Positions 49,547 to 63,775 of a stretch of DNA of 64,000 nt are shown here, piece after piece. Below the pieces are notes generated by a model. The model saw nothing but the letters and a program-made list of their open reading frames with translations. It did no database searches and was not told where the DNA came from. Both the position numbers and the translations under genes were made by a program. This stretch comes from Hyphochytrium catenoides (taxonomy: Eukaryota > Protista > Hyphochytriomycota): the NCBI GenBank assembly GCA_900088475.1, contig FLMG01003999.1:79694-143693 (forward strand), written 5' to 3'. The first letter of the stretch is position 1; each line of letters starts with the position of its first letter.

Positions 49547-51910
49547 ATGGTCAACACAATCCTTAAAGACGAAGACAAAGACCACCCAGTGGCTGATGCA
49601 GGTGGCAGCGATGACAGTCGGTCCGCCAGTAATAACCATCCGCTTCTAGACCCGGCTCTCGATGACACCCCACGCGTGCGCAAGTATAGCCGTTCCAGCT
49701 CTCCGCGATACCGTGACAAAAGAGGCTTTGGCCGAATTATTGCTGCCTCCAACCGTCTCCCTATCTCAGTATCAGATGATGGCTCTATCAAGAAGAGCTG
49801 TGGCGGACTAGCGTCTGCTATGGAAGGCGCAGCTCAAGGGCAAGACCTTCTCTGGATTGGATGGCCTGGAAAAGCGATCGATGACCCTGAGCTGGCTTCG
49901 TCGGTCACAAAGACACTTAAGGAGAAGTTCAACTACTATCCAGTATTCATGAACCAACAAGAGGTGGACGATTTCTACACAGGCTTCTCCAATCGCTCTC
50001 TCTGGCCGCTTCTTCATTACATGCCAACTTATGCGAAGTTTGATGACAAGTGGTATGATAGCTACGTAAAGATGAACCAGCGCTACGCAGATGCTATTGT
50101 GGAGTTGGCAGACTCTGATGACCTTGTCTGGATCCACGACTATCATCTCTTCTTGGTTCCAGGCATTGTGAAGGAGCGTCGACCAGAGCTCCGCATAGGT
50201 TTCTTTCTACACACCCCATTTCCTAGCTATGAAATTATCCGGTGCAATCCTCATGCCCGGGAGCTCATGCAAGGGCTACTGGGCGCGGACTTGATTGGCT
50301 TTCACACCTTCGGGTATCTGCGCCACTTCCGCTCCTCAGTGCTGAGGCTCAATGGAGCTCAGAGCGAGTTGGGATACATTGACTCCGAGGGTCACAGGAC
50401 CAGGATTGGTGTGTATCCGATTGGAATCAACTGGAAGGGGTTTGAAGAGTCTCTGAAGAGCCAAGCCTTTCAAGAACAGATTCAAAACTACGAGGAAGAG
50501 TTTGCTGGAAAGAATGTGGTGTTGTCGGTGGAACGGTTGGACTATACGAAGGGTGTACCTCAGAAGCTGAAGGCCATTGAAAGATATCTTGAGAACAACC
50601 CTGGTAGAGAGCAGGACACGAAGTTCATTATTATAGCAGTGCCGTCAAGACAGGATGTTGAGGACTACCAGAAGTTAGAGAACGAGGTGCACTTTGAGGT
50701 CTCGCGCATCAACGGACGCTTCTCCAGCCTTACGGAGATCCCTATTAATTACGTCCACCGTGGAGTTCCCAGTGACAAGCTCGCTGCCCTTTATGCTAGG
50801 GCCGACGTCTGCCTTGTGACTCCGCTCGTGGACGGAATGAACTTGGTCGCCAAGGAGTTCATAGCGTGCAAGGACTTTAGCATCCCTGGCGTCACTCCTG
50901 GGGTGTTGGTCCTTAGTGAATTTGCTGGAGCCGCTCAGGAGCTTTTCAACGCCATTCTTGTCAACCCACACGATGTAACGGGTGTAGCCAGGGCAGTGGA
51001 TGAGGCATTGAAGACTCCGTTGAAGCAGAGACAGGCACTGAGTGAGGCTATGCGGCCTAAGGTTATTGAGTTCAACTCCACTAAGTGGGCTAGCAGAATC
51101 ATCTCCGACCTTGCAAAGGACTTGGATCAGGATATCAGTGGCCTTCCAGTACCTCTTCCCATGAACTTAGCCCAACGTTTTAGGAAGTCTCCTACCAGGA
51201 AAGCTCTCTTCCTTGACTATGATGGTACCCTGACAGGCTTTGTCAACACTCCAAGCAAAGCAGTACCCAGCCAGCGTCTCTTGAAGATACTGGACAAGCT
51301 CTCTGAACGGGAAGATACCCATGTCACAATTATCAGTGGCAGGGATGCCTGCTTCCTCTCTGAACACTTCGGTAATTACAAGAACTTCTCTTTGGTGGGA
51401 GAGCATGGCTACCGTGTTCGCGGACCCGGTTCTTCCTGGAAGCTTTTGAACCCTCATATTGATCTCTCATGGATTGAGGATGTAAAGCCTATTTTAGACC
51501 TTTATGCAGCTATGACGCCCGGGGCACATGTGGAGGTCAAGAAGTCCTCCTTGGTGTGGCACTACCGCAGCACAGATCCGGAGTTTGGCTCTTGGAAGGC
51601 CGCAGAGCTGATCAACGAACTTGGCGCATCCGTGCATAACATGCCAGTTAAAGTCCAGCATGGAAAGAAAATCGTCGAGGTGGCGTCCGTTCAGGTCAAC
51701 AAAGGGATTGCTATGTCCCAAATTCTTGAGGAAGAATTCTTTGAGGAAGTGTTGGTGGCAGGAGACGACCTGACTGACGAGGAGATGTTTGCCAATGCTC
51801 CTCAGGATGCGGTGACTGTGAAGATTGGTCGCGGCGAGTCTAAGGCTCAGTATCGCCTTCCATCAAGTCAAGCTTTCCTTGGCTTTTTGGAGCTAGTGGC
51901 AGATGCCTAG
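49547..51910 (+). CDS. TPSP: Bifunctional trehalose-6-phosphate synthase/phosphatase (GT20 plus HAD-IIB), intronless CDS
   Basis: [66 protein letters not shown]; TPP domain [26 protein letters not shown]. Confidence 0.97.
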   Translation: MVNTILKDEDKDHPVADAGGSDDSRSASNNHPLLDPALDDTPRVRKYSRSSSPRYRDKRGFGRIIAASNRLPISVSDDGSIKKSCGGLASAMEGAAQGQDLLWIGWPGKAIDDPELASSVTKTLKEKFNYYPVFMNQQEVDDFYTGFSNRSLWPLLHYMPTYAKFDDKWYDSYVKMNQRYADAIVELADSDDLVWIHDYHLFLVPGIVKERRPELRIGFFLHTPFPSYEIIRCNPHARELMQGLLGADLIGFHTFGYLRHFRSSVLRLNGAQSELGYIDSEGHRTRIGVYPIGINWKGFEESLKSQAFQEQIQNYEEEFAGKNVVLSVERLDYTKGVPQKLKAIERYLENNPGREQDTKFIIIAVPSRQDVEDYQKLENEVHFEVSRINGRFSSLTEIPINYVHRGVPSDKLAALYARADVCLVTPLVDGMNLVAKEFIACKDFSIPGVTPGVLVLSEFAGAAQELFNAILVNPHDVTGVARAVDEALKTPLKQRQALSEAMRPKVIEFNSTKWASRIISDLAKDLDQDISGLPVPLPMNLAQRFRKSPTRKALFLDYDGTLTGFVNTPSKAVPSQRLLKILDKLSEREDTHVTIISGRDACFLSEHFGNYKNFSLVGEHGYRVRGPGSSWKLLNPHIDLSWIEDVKPILDLYAAMTPGAHVEVKKSSLVWHYRSTDPEFGSWKAAELINELGASVHNMPVKVQHGKKIVEVASVQVNKGIAMSQILEEEFFEEVLVAGDDLTDEEMFANAPQDAVTVKIGRGESKAQYRLPSSQAFLGFLELVADA

Positions 51911-52473
51911 GTCTCTTGTAGTGCTCTATGTTCCTCCTGTCTGGCGCCGGGTGCCCTGAGGTGCATTGTGGCGCAGGTCATTGCGATGTATAGGTATAGC
52001 TACATTTTTATTCTGGTCACACCTCGCAATGTAAATAGAATAAAATCATCGATAGGCATTGCCGCTTTCTGATCGATGTCTTCAGTACCAGCATATCATA
52101 TATCCCGTAGGAAGTTATTGAGGCGGCACAGGATAGTTCTCCCGTAATGCAGCACACAGGAGAGCAGGGCAAAGCAGACGCGAGGATCCAGTCTGCAGCA
52201 GTCCGCCCGTTCCTACCAGTCACCGCTAGCCCTATGTTCTCTACAAACGAGACCTCACGAGAATTTACAGTCAGACTGGACCCAGTTCGTGAAGTTATGT
52301 CGTAGTGAAGCAACAGAACACTACCTGCCATCCCTGTAAATCGAGACTATCGGAGTGAATACGGGGCCAGACGACGGCAAGATGGGTTGGATAAGTCGCT
52401 CAACAGCTGCTGAAATAAACACTGCAATCAACAATCTATATCTGCTGGCCACGGCATCTTTTGTATTCGGAGT

Positions 52474-52551
52474 ATACTTAAGAGCACGATCTGCTTGAGG
52501 GACGAGTGTGTCGTTCATGAAACACATAATGCCTAGAAGGCTTTGCGCTCT
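52474..52551 (-). pseudogene. Possible Sel1-like repeat remnant
   Basis: RAQSLLGIMCFMNDTLVPQADRALKY, within ORF 52321-52680, resembles the SLR consensus Aq..LG.my..g..v.qd..kA..y; no supporting gene model. Confidence 0.3.
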
Positions 52552-53387
52552 CTTCCTACTATTCATGTGATGTCGTGCAAGCCTGCTGTTTCTGAAGGCG
52601 ACACTCGACAGTTCTCTTGTTGATTTCTGAACAAAGCCAAGCCAGGGATGCCCATCTCGGAGCATCCTTCTCTGGTGCACTGTTCGTCATAAACATCCTA
52701 TCTACGAAACGTCTCCACCTTCCTCTTATTGACCCTCATAGAGCCTTGAAACATCCGCCAGTGAGAGTCACGCACCCAGCGGCCTATGCCAGCTAGTAGA
52801 CCAAGCAGAAACTCCTCATCAAAAAGACTGCAGGTGCAGACGAAGATGAAGATCTTCCTGACGCTCCGCTCACAGCTTCTCGATGGTTCTTAACAATTGC
52901 GGCGGCGATCAGAACGCCAACGAACTCACTGAACCTCCAGATAGGACCACGCCTTCAGGTAACCTCAGCCTTTATAAAGGTATTTCTCGCGGCCCTTATA
53001 GAGAGAAAGGGGTGGATGTGTCTAATCACACCGTAGGCGCCTACCCACCGTCCTGGAGGCTGGTGTGCTGCTTCATTCTTCTGCGGCTCCTCAGAAGCAG
53101 TGATTACTCTTGACAATCAATCATCTCTGCTCCAGCCAGACAGGCACTTGGCAATCTTTGAACCAGGAGAAAGGCACAAGCTCTGTGTCGAACTCGAGTC
53201 CTCCCTGCTGCTTGGCTAGTGCTCAAGCCTGGCAGCAAGGGCCCTATTCGGTGCAGAAGGAATAGCAGCAATAATACCTCTTCCGCCACCACGCGCACTC
53301 ATTAGGTTGACTGAGAGGCCTACTTCGAACAAAGTGCGACCTGGAACTATAAGGCAGCGCATAGACGGTTGTATAGCTCTTCGGATC

Positions 53388-56300
53388 ATGCTGCATCACT
53401 TGGCCCTTAAAAGGCCTTCCCTGCTGTACAGGGGAGTCCGGTCGCTTCCGGGTGGCGCTAGTTGTTCAGCTGCGCTCCAGCAAAAAAGGTTCTTCTGGGG
53501 GAGGAAAAAAGGTGACGAGGACGGCGATGGTTCTTCAGGCTCCAAACCGGACGGGGATGCGGTAGGATATCTTTATAATCGAAGGGCCTTGTCCATACAT
53601 AACACTTTCAATAATAGGCGGAAGTAGAGATTGTCGACGATGGCGCCAACTCCAAGCGCAATGCCATCCAGCCCATCAATGGTGAGCAGTCTGCCTTCTT
53701 CAGCCTTTACTGCAGCTTTCTGTCACGCCCCTAAGTCCCTTTGTTCACCTTCTGGGGCTTCATTGTGGCAAACTCATCACTTTACTTATGATATATCTTC
53801 ACTTTATCTCTGTCAGGAGAACACGCGCCGCACTTTCCACATGTCATTGCTGTCCCTCTGGTTCGACGACCCATGTTCCCGGGTATCGTATTGCCCATGA
53901 CTGTCACCAATAAGGTAAAAGCCTGGGCTATTGATACATAGTGGACTAGGATGGCCTGGGAGTGATCAGCATTGCTAAGACTTTTTGGGCATCAGGTGCT
54001 CCTGTCTGCTTTGATAGCAAGTAAAGAGGCAGGAAACCCCTATGTTGGTCTCTTCCTTAGGAAGAACCTAGAAGAGGTATGAAGCTACATCAGAATCTCG
54101 TCTGGTTTGCAAGCCTCAAACTTGATGCGCATCCTACACTCCTTATTCCGTCGCGTACGGTGCCGTTGGATGCCTCTTTGAAAGTCCTTCCTTTTCAAAC
54201 GATCGAGATCCTGGTCGCTTTTTTGCTAATACGGCCGGCACAGGGAGAATTCGACACGGACAAGGAGCTGGTGACCTCTCTGGATCAGATTTACACGATG
54301 GGCACCTTCGCTCAGATTCACAATATAGTGGCTTTTGATGATGCAGCGCAGGTAAAACGCAAGGCGAAGAATCCGCATGCGACGGAGAGTACGGGCCTCT
54401 TCTGTGGTCCATTCTTTGCTTCTTATCCGCTCCACTTGTCTCCCACTCCTCCCTGTGTGCCTCTGCAGGTGGTGATGTTAGCTCACAGAAGGATTCAAAT
54501 TGAGAAGATTCACGACCGAGGACCACCCATTAGAACGACGGTAATGTATTCACTTGCACTCGTTTCCTTTGCCTCGTCTTCATGGCACTCAGTCTCTTTC
54601 GTTTTCACAAGCGCTTGTGCCCTGGTTGCTTTTGTTCCACCTCATAGATCCTGTGCTATGCTAAATGGCTGGCAAATCTTATTATAGGTGCAACATATCG
54701 AGAACCCGACGTTTGATAGGAACAGCGAAGACATCCGTGCCTACTCGAACGAGATTGTAGCTACGCTGCGGGACGTGGTTCGCATGAACCCATTGTTCAA
54801 GGAAAATATGCAGTTCTTCTCGCAGCGGATAGACATCAACGATCCGTATAAACTAGTAAGAGACGAGTTCTGCCACAGTCTTGTGGGCTTCCTTTCAGTT
54901 CGTTGTGCCTGTTTTACAGTCTGTCGAGGCCGCGTCTGGTGCTAGGCTTACCCTTTCTTTGAATGACGCTAACTCTTCCCCGCTTCTTTGAGAAACTCTG
55001 TTTTCTCCCTCTGTCCATTGCCTTGAAAGACTGGGGTCCCTTCAAACTCCACAAATTGCTTAGCCTTTCTGATTAGGGTCGCGTGACTACATGTTGGTTA
55101 CGTCTTAGATATCTTTGACCCCGACTCGTGATACGTGATGGTATAAATCGGCTAGCTAATGTCGTTCTATACAATAGGCTGACTTCGCTGCCTCCGTGAC
55201 CACTGCAAGCGGTACAGAACTGCAAGAGGTAGGGTATGAAACAGCGAGATGCGCTCAAGCGGCTAGAGTGCTTCTACCTTTTAACTGAAGTAGTCGTGGC
55301 CCCATCTGGGTATTGACGGATGCCATCAATTCATTCTAGGTTCTAGAAGAGATGGACATCAGAAAGCGGCTTGCTAAGTCCCTTGAACTCATCACAAAAG
55401 AGAGAGAGCTTAGCAAACTTCAACTGGACATCAAGGAGCAGGTTGAAAGCAAAATCTCTGAAAATCAGAGAAAATACTTTCTTATGGAGCAGTTAAAAAG
55501 CATCAAGAAGGAGCTAGGAATGGAAAAAGATGACAAAGAAGCGCTACTTACCAAGTACAGAGGTCGCCTGGAGAGTAAGTCAATCCGACATAGCTGGTTA
55601 CGCGTCTTACTTACCGGCTCTTGTGGGACCGACCCTGGCTCCACCTACTGGGCATTCTCCTGGATCCTTCTCTAGTGATTCTCTGAGCTGAGATTGGCGT
55701 GCTTGTGTATAGATTACTCTCCTAGTCGTTAACATCTACGAAGTTGGTTAGTGATCTTTCGGCGGTTTCCGGAGGTCTTAGTTATGAATTGGGCTCTTCT
55801 AATGCCACTCTTAGATCTAGGAGCTCCCAAGCAGGTGATGGATGTCATCGAAGAAGAACTAGACAAGCTGCAGTCCTTAGAAAAGAATAGCAGTGAGTTC
55901 AACGTTACAAGGTATAGATGCGTCCCACCCATTGTTCGTCGTCATTGGACCGATACTTAGCCCCCGTTCGTTGGATCCTTTCTTCTTTACACCAGGAACT
56001 ATCTGGATTGGCTGACTCAGCTACCCTGGAACAAGTTCAGTGAGGAGAACTTTGACGTGAATACGACGAGGAAGATTCTTGATGAGGTAAGCCCAAAAGG
56101 AGGGTCACATTTGAAATGAAGTACACTGTCTATCTGTCCTTGAAGTAACCTGCTGAATTTTCTGCTCTCCACAGGACCATTATGGTCTCAACGACGTAAA
56201 GGAGCGGATCTTGGAGTTTGTGGCAGTCAGCAAGTTAAACGGCCAGGTGCGGGGAAAGATTCTCTGCTTTGTTGGACCGCCTGGAGTTGGTAAAACGAGC

Positions 56301-59300
56301 ATTGGAAAGTCCATTGCAAGAGCTCTTAACAGGTGGGGCTTGTACTTCCTCTATCCTTCCCAATCCCTATGTTGTGAGTGGCGTTACGCCGTCACTTCGG
56401 TCGCAGTGTTCTGTGTGTCAAGCATTGAACCGGAACAATGCCCTTGATAAAACTGCTATGTTGGTGAAAATGTTTGACTGTACTAGGCAGCTGAACGTAG
56501 ATTCATGCGGAAGAAGGAACTCGTTGCGAACTTTGGATCTTCCAAGTGTTGCAAGCCTAATAGTTCTTGCTGGACTTTCTGGCGCCTCGTTTTCGTAGGG
56601 AGTTTTTCCGCTTCTCTGTGGGTGGTCTTTCAGACGTGGCTGAGATAAAGGGACATCGTCGGACCTATGTTGGCGCTATGCCTGGCAAGCTGATTCAGTG
56701 CCTGAAGTCGGTGCAGACCTCAAATCCCCTTGTCCTCATTGATGAGATAGATAAGCTAGGAAGAGGGTATCAGGTAAGGCCATAGCAGTGAGAGATACTA
56801 GCTATACTGCAAAATCTTGGGTGGGTGGATGGATGGATGGAGGGCGTAAGATATGCGCCCGATGCTGTACTCTCGTCATAATAGCACATGGAGGCAAGAG
56901 CGCCACAGAGGGAGAATTGTGTGATGCTGAGGCGTTTGGCTCACGTTATCGGCACAGGGTGATCCTGCGTCAGCGTTGTTGGAAGTACTTGATCCTCAAC
57001 AAAACGGCGCTTTCATGGACCACTATATGGATGTGCCTGTGGACCTCTCTAAGGTATCCGTACGCGAAGGATTCACCTCTTGCCCTTGTCTAAAGTAATC
57101 CGTTCCTTTGGGGCTGCTCGCCTTTCTAGGTTTTGTTCATTTGCACGGCCAATGTTTCCGATACCATTCCAGGCCCGCTGCTTGACAGAATGGAGGTCAT
57201 CCGACTTTCAGGCTATGACACACCCGAGAAGGTCGGTAATGCGTAGCGCAAACATTTATTAAGGCTCGTCCCCATCCTTTTGTCTCCTCTTCTCTATAGC
57301 TCCTCCCGCTAGTTTGTAAGTGTTCGCTACTTCTGTTTATTAGGGACTTCCATGAACACCGAAGTACACTCTACCAAATGGACTGAATTTGGGTTGCTAA
57401 GACGGATGCCTCCTACTCGCTGCCTTCTCCCGTATTTTCTCTTTTAACAGGTGAAGATTGCACAACTCTACCTGGAGCCACGCATCCGAACTGAAGCAGG
57501 ACTGAAGGTTAGGCCTACTTTGCGCTGTCGCTTTCAGGCATTTTATTTCTGGCCCTATCCCTGGCGGTCGTTCCTTAATGTACCCTTTGTCCTCTTACTG
57601 AAACTGAAAAGAACTGTTTCTTTAAAGAGCCATGTTCTAGATGTCTTGGTCAACGTGTCTTGTTACCTCCTTGGGGCAAGCCCATGACTCACCTCCTTGT
57701 TGTTGGCTCGTCGTTCTCTGGTTTATCCTTTTCTAAATAGCGGGACAATGAAGCAACTCCGAAGTCGCTGGGTCTCACCACAGTTGCTATTGAACATCTC
57801 ATCAAGAGCTATTGCAGGGAGGCAGGAGTGCGTAGTCTTGAGGTGAACCTTCTGTTACGAGACCGCTCACCCACTCGTAAAAAGATGTGGTTACACTGTC
57901 TCCTCTGCTTGCTGGTATCTTTGACTTCCTCATAGCAACATATAGAAAAGATCTATCGCAAGTTGGCCCTGGAAGTCGTACAAGAACAGGAGAATAGGGA
58001 CAATAGGTCATGGGAGGTGGATGAGCACAATCTCGAGAAGTACGTGGGGAAACCAAAGTTCCTGAGGTAAGATAAAGCCGAGCGGCTAGTGCTCCTGTCA
58101 CCATTCCCCTCAGTCTGTGAGGACGTCCGGCCTGCACATACTCCCCATATTCCACTACAATGGCTTCTCTTGCCAGTTGAAGGGCCTACTGGTCTCTATC
58201 CGCGAAAAGGACGTACTCATATTTGGCTAACGAGACGTTCCATGCATTGAAGCGACCGCCTTTATACAGAGCCAACTAAAGGTGTCGTTATGGGGTTGGC
58301 ATGGACAGCAATGGGTGGCAGCGCACTGTATATTGAGACAAGTGTCGTGTGTAAAGAGAAAGGAACTGGTGAGCCTAACCCCCTCTCTCTCAAGTTTCCT
58401 GCTATGGCCTTCTTATCTTAAATATGCCTCCCCTGAGTGCTTTCGAACCCGCTGAACTCATAGCCATTTCACTGACGTAGTGTTTCCATTCTAGGCAACC
58501 TGGTCGCCACTGGACAGCTTGGTAACGTCATGGAGGAAAGCACAAAGATTGCCCACACCGTTGCTAGGGCGGTCGTAGCTACGGTACGTCTACTTAGCAT
58601 TGCTCAGAGTCTTCAGGCCCCCCTCCTCCCCCCAAAGGGCGTGACCTTTGTCATGCGGGCCGTAACCCCGCCGCTTCTATCAAGCACGTCTCCGCCATTA
58701 TCAGTCCTGTTGTTGGTTGAGCAAAGGCTTCTAGTATTATCTCTCGTGGCATCAGTGGAGAATGCTCACATGTTATCTTCCTTCAATCGTCTGTTGCGGT
58801 CCAGGTCGATCCTGCGAATAAGTTCTTTGAGGAGTCTGATATTCACATGCATGTTCCTGAGGGGGCCACCCCTAAGGATGGACCTTCAGCTGGCATCACC
58901 ATGACCACAGCGCTAGTTTCCCTTGCGCTCAACAAGTAAGTGGATACGGGCACGGAAGAAGAACGAAATAGTTTTACAGAGAAGGGCTAAGGCCCTTACT
59001 GCTTCATTGTCTTTGTTTCGTCTATCTATCAGGATAGCTACTGACCTGATCTTCTACTTCCAAAATCCTTAATTAAGGCCTGTGAGACCGGATCTGGCCA
59101 TGACCGGAGAAATCTCTCTCACTGGAAAAGTGCTCCCAGTAGGTGGAATTAAAGAGAAGACGATCGCAGCGAGAAGAGCTGGGGTCAAGCACCTCATTCT
59201 CCCGAAGGATAACAGGAGAGACTTCGAGGTAGAGAACAGGAACCTTCCCTTTCGTATTCGCTTGTATCTTTGCTATCTATTTCACCTCCTAGAAGCTATC

Positions 59301-59469
59301 TTGGGCTTGAAGAGTTATAAAACCGTCATTTGATGGGGCACTTATGGTAGCTCACGATAGTCTACCTGCCCTGCAGGAGCTGCCTGAGTATTTGAAGGAA
59401 GGGTTGGATGTGTACTACGCAAACGACTACCAAGACGTCCTGAAAGTGGCCTTCCAAGGAGAGCACTAG
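53388..59469 (+). CDS. LONP1: Mitochondrial Lon protease (PIM1/LONP1), about 20 exons
   Basis: Basic presequence-like N-terminus, RRPMFPG, Walker [45 protein letters not shown] (Ser), [12 protein letters not shown] (Lys); stop TAG 59467-59469. Confidence 0.97.
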
Positions 59470-59550
59470 GACCTGTGGCCTTGAATCACAGTCAAATAGG
59501 AACCAAGGGTGAAACAGTAAGCACCTTTTGGAATATAATACATTCCTCTA

Positions 59551-62500
59551 TTAGTTTACAGTCGTTCTATGAGCTGGGATGTCTCCCCTCTGGTTGAAAA
59601 AGGCTTCTTCCAGCTCCGCAAGCATCTTGTTTGTAACCTTGAAGGTCAAGGCCCTGGGCACTAGAACGTCCACAGCCAATATTGACTGCAGGAGTCCGAA
59701 AGCGCAGAAAAATGTCATCCATGGCGTCAAAGAGAGCAGGTCAGACGTGAAGTCGTGAGATCAGAGCCAGCATTTCGAAGCGCAATAGTTTAAAGGTGTC
59801 GATGGCCGTTCGAAGGTTATAGAATTCGCATGGGCTACCGGACTGGAGGTGCATTGAGGAGACTTACCCTGTCTGGGAAGGTGTTCAGCAGGTGCATCAT
59901 CTGAAGTTATTTAGCAAAGTTAGCCCCGTCTCTTCTTGTCGTGAGTATCCCATAACTCTATCACTCACCCCATCCAAGCCAGACGCTAGCAGCTTGTCCT
60001 CAGAGAGCTCCAGAATAGCTAAAGAGATACGAAAGAAGATTTTCCAGTTACGCTCGTAGACGAAGATATCCCATATTCGTGCTAAGGTGGCTTCAGGCAT
60101 AGCGGGAATGTACCTGTGACGGGCCAGCAGAGCCATTAGCACAATGAAGTCACCTCTGCCTGTTTTAAGCAGCTGGCTTCTTCTGCCAACCACTTACGTG
60201 AACAATGTGTTAAACCAGCCGATAAGGAACATGTCCACCATCAGCCATTCATCTGCAAAATGCTCAGCGAGACGGGGGAGAAAGGTCCGGAAGAGGGACT
60301 GGAACTGAAAACATGAAACATGTACCTGGTCTAAGCCGGGCCTACAAGTAGGGAAGGAGATAAGTCTGAGAGTTTGTAGAGGATGAGGACGATAAGTGGT
60401 CCTGATAGCTCCAGCTTTGTAAAATAAGATTGGGTCACGCATGAGACGCTGCTGATAGTCAATTGAGACCTTGATAATGGTTGCATGGGCAGACTACTAA
60501 GAGGCAGGTCTTTCGTACATGTACATCTGCTTGAGCTTGTAGTACTCCATCATGCACCGCATCACCCAGTAGACCTGTTCCTCCCACTCTAGGGTCAATG
60601 AGTCCTCCTCCTTCCCTTCCAGGTCCATTTCAGTCAATATCTAAGGTACAGAATGTGGTCACAGGTCATTAGGACTGACCGACATTATCATAACCAACGG
60701 TTAATGCAGAGAGGGCTGCGTAAATGCTATTTGACCAGTGGGTGTCAAGGGCAGAGAGCTTGAAATCGCAGTATACTCACTATTGCCAGAGACTCCGGAA
60801 GCTCGATGGTGCGCATGAGAAATGCAGCCACATAGTCCATTCCCTGACAATATCCCACGTCCGGATAGGTGACCGACAGAGCTCGGAGGACACCAGCGAG
60901 GATAACTCTCTTCATGAACCTGCACTTGGCTGATGACATCGCGATATCAGAGACCTCATATGACTCGTAGGTTCTCTATCTCCACGGGACTGTCTTAACA
61001 ATATGTTTGTCTCCTCGGGCTTCTCTTACGCTCATAGTGCGTCCCATTTAGTTACTTCCCTTAGACACTAACCCTATACAATGACTTGATTGCTTTGAGT
61101 CATCCATCCCGGCCCGATCAACCTTTTGGTCCAGCTCCCAAGCTCAGATCTTTGGTGGGTGAGGAAGAACTAGGTCACAAACCTGACTCTTGACTCTCCG
61201 AGTCATCATGGACTCTGTCCCCTTCGACTAGTTTGTGCGGGGCAATCTTCCCATATGTTCGACGGACATCCAATAAGATTTGCTCCTTCCACGGAGAAGT
61301 CGAGAGCGCCAGCCTGCAGATATTTCGGTACTCGGCTGGCCAGCTTGTTGAGAAGAAAAGAGCACTAGTGGGGAACGATAAGACTAATTAGGAGCAACAG
61401 ACTCAGAGAGTGGTCTTACCCAGTGATGTGCCTAATAAATAGTGGTCTACAGGTCTTGGGTACCCCTTGATAGCGGATGCACCACTTCCAAAGGCGCCTT
61501 TCATAAAGTACGCTGTCGTTCCATCTTCGACACGTCAACGAGGCTGCCATTAAATCTATGATGCTAGGAACAAGCATTTGTCAGCCCTGGGGAACATAGT
61601 CAACTCTTATAGTCGTGGGAAAGGTTGCGAACTTTTGAACCGTGATCTAGTCAGACTCTGTACCTGCCACAATAGACCATGATACGCTGGATAAGGTGAG
61701 GATTGGAGTCAAACAACGGCTTCCAGGCCGGGTTCCGCATTGTCGCTTCAAAATCTCGCTTAAGGGAGGCCGTCGGTCGGAGGAGCTCTTCAGGCTGAAC
61801 ATAGGGTTGTCCCCGACTGGATACAGGCTCTAAAGCTCCTCCAGCCTCCTCATGGTCATGGTCAATAGGGAGAGCATCGATAAGGGCATAATCCTCTTCC
61901 TCACTCAGGTCAGAGGCTGAGCTGTCATCATGGAAATAGATGGCTTGCCAGTCATAGGGGGGATGTGAACCATCAGCTCCGGCGTACTCTGCGCAGCGAA
62001 AGTGAAATTTAATTATCCCTTCACTGGCACGGAGCCATATTCACTGCCTTGGTTGAGAGCTAGATCGACCCATTACCTTGGTTTACGAACCGAAGGCTAT
62101 GCGCCTTTGCATCATTGACACGCCTGCAACCCTCATCCTCGGCAGTTAGCACCACCTATGCCGCCATGCTAGTAATCAGACTCAAGAAGAGGAATTCAGC
62201 AACGGAAAGCAGAGTTCCTTTTCCCTACCTCCTTCTTCTCCGTAAGATTAAGGCTCTGGGAAAGCGATTGAATGTGGTCGAACACCCGTCGAGGCTTCAA
62301 GTGCCATCTTACTCTGGATTGAAAGTGGCCCCATTCTGTGGCACGGTGACGAGGATACTACTGTTACACTGAAGGCATGTCAAGAAACACTCGTCCTTGG
62401 GCCTTACTTTGTTTGTTAAGTGAGAAGTTTGCCGGTCTGAGATGCTTGACTACTCCACCGCCATGAGACTGCTTCTGCTTCAAGGTAAGCCTTCCCAGCT

Positions 62501-62746
62501 CAATCAATAGGCTTAATTCAACCTAGCTACCTGCGCTCGTGCTTTTCGTGGACCATCAGAATTAGCGGGGCTTGGTGTTCTTGGGCCCCCCGGCCCGATG
62601 AGTATTCGCTGCTTCAGGGGGCTCCGGGTGTCGTGGGCAGCTGGCCCATTAGATCGTACTATAGAAGTCGGAGCAATACCGGCCAACCCTGGGTCTTTAC
62701 TTCTCCTGCGCCGCCTTTGTTCTCTGGTCCCATTTGGTGCGTCCAT
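59551..62746 (-). CDS. TBC-domain Rab GTPase-activating protein, multi-exon
   Basis: EQILLDVRRT (Arg finger), VGYCQGMDYVAAFL (Gln finger), KQMYMPGL, WFNTLFT, RIWDIFVYE. Start 62746 is inferred. Confidence 0.88.
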
Positions 62747-63050
62747 GCCCTTCGAAAAGACGTGGCGGGGTCACAACGGAAACTATACTCGGTTATCCGA
62801 GGTACGCGTCAACATGATGAGGTTGACAGCCTCGGTATGTAAGAGTAGGAAGAGACGCTGCCATCATGAGGACCATAAATTAGAGTAGATTAGATCAGTC
62901 TCCAGTGGTCTCCAGCCGGCGCCATCTTCTCTTTTGATGAGATCCAGCGTCCTTGGTCCGGCCGGGCTGCCGATAGATGAGATGATGCGCCATTCTTCGA
63001 CATGCTCTTGCTGCTCGTACAGTACAAGTACCAGCATCCGAAAACTGATG

Positions 63051-63775
63051 ACGGCACAAGAGATAGAGCTCAGCTACCAGTTCGCCACCAGAATACTGTA
63101 CAGTACTTTATTTTATGGGAACTGAGAACTGACCAACAATAATGATAACTACTAATCACAGTCATTGATCATCAACAACATAATTGGCTCTAGTTATCCA
63201 AGACTGAGAAAACAACAGCTTGTCCTACCAGCAGTCCATCCTTATGATGATGATGATGAGGCAGGCCCGCTCTACTTATTATAAAAAAAGGTACGTAGTA
63301 CCTGTCGCAGGCATTATTTTTCTTATTGCTGAGTGGTTGATGACGGCCATAGCATAGTTACCGATAAGTGCATGCAGGACCTACGCTTCCTCTGTGGAGA
63401 AGGAGGCGAGTAAATGCCTCCTCCTTTATTTTATCAGTAACGCAAAAAGAAGCGCTATCAAACGTTATTTTCGAGGAAAAGTCGTCGACTGTCACATTGA
63501 TAATGGTTGGGGGTCCTACTACCAGGCATCTAAATGCCCGCTACTACTTTTATTGCATGATGGTTATGACGGTAATGATAAGAAGTAAATTCCCGACCTT
63601 ACATTATCTGAGCTCATCAGAAGAACTCATCACGGAGCTTACTACTGAGTTGATGATGGTGGTCTGCGGAAGGACAGAGGACGCCGGGCCAAAGCAGTCC
63701 GTATCAGGCCTGAACGAAGTGCGTGCATGCTGCCACCGTCGTCACCACTTGTTGTTTGGTTAGCAGCAGCTGCCG
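63051..63775 (+). pseudogene. Decayed Ser/Thr protein kinase
   Basis: Subdomain remnants in order: TAQEIEL (III), RHQNTVQY (IV), ALFFL (VIa), LSNVIFEEKSSTVTLI (VIb-VII), TLHYLSSSEELI (VIII), AGPKQSVSGL and HLLFG (IX); many stops and triplet duplications. Confidence 0.6.
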
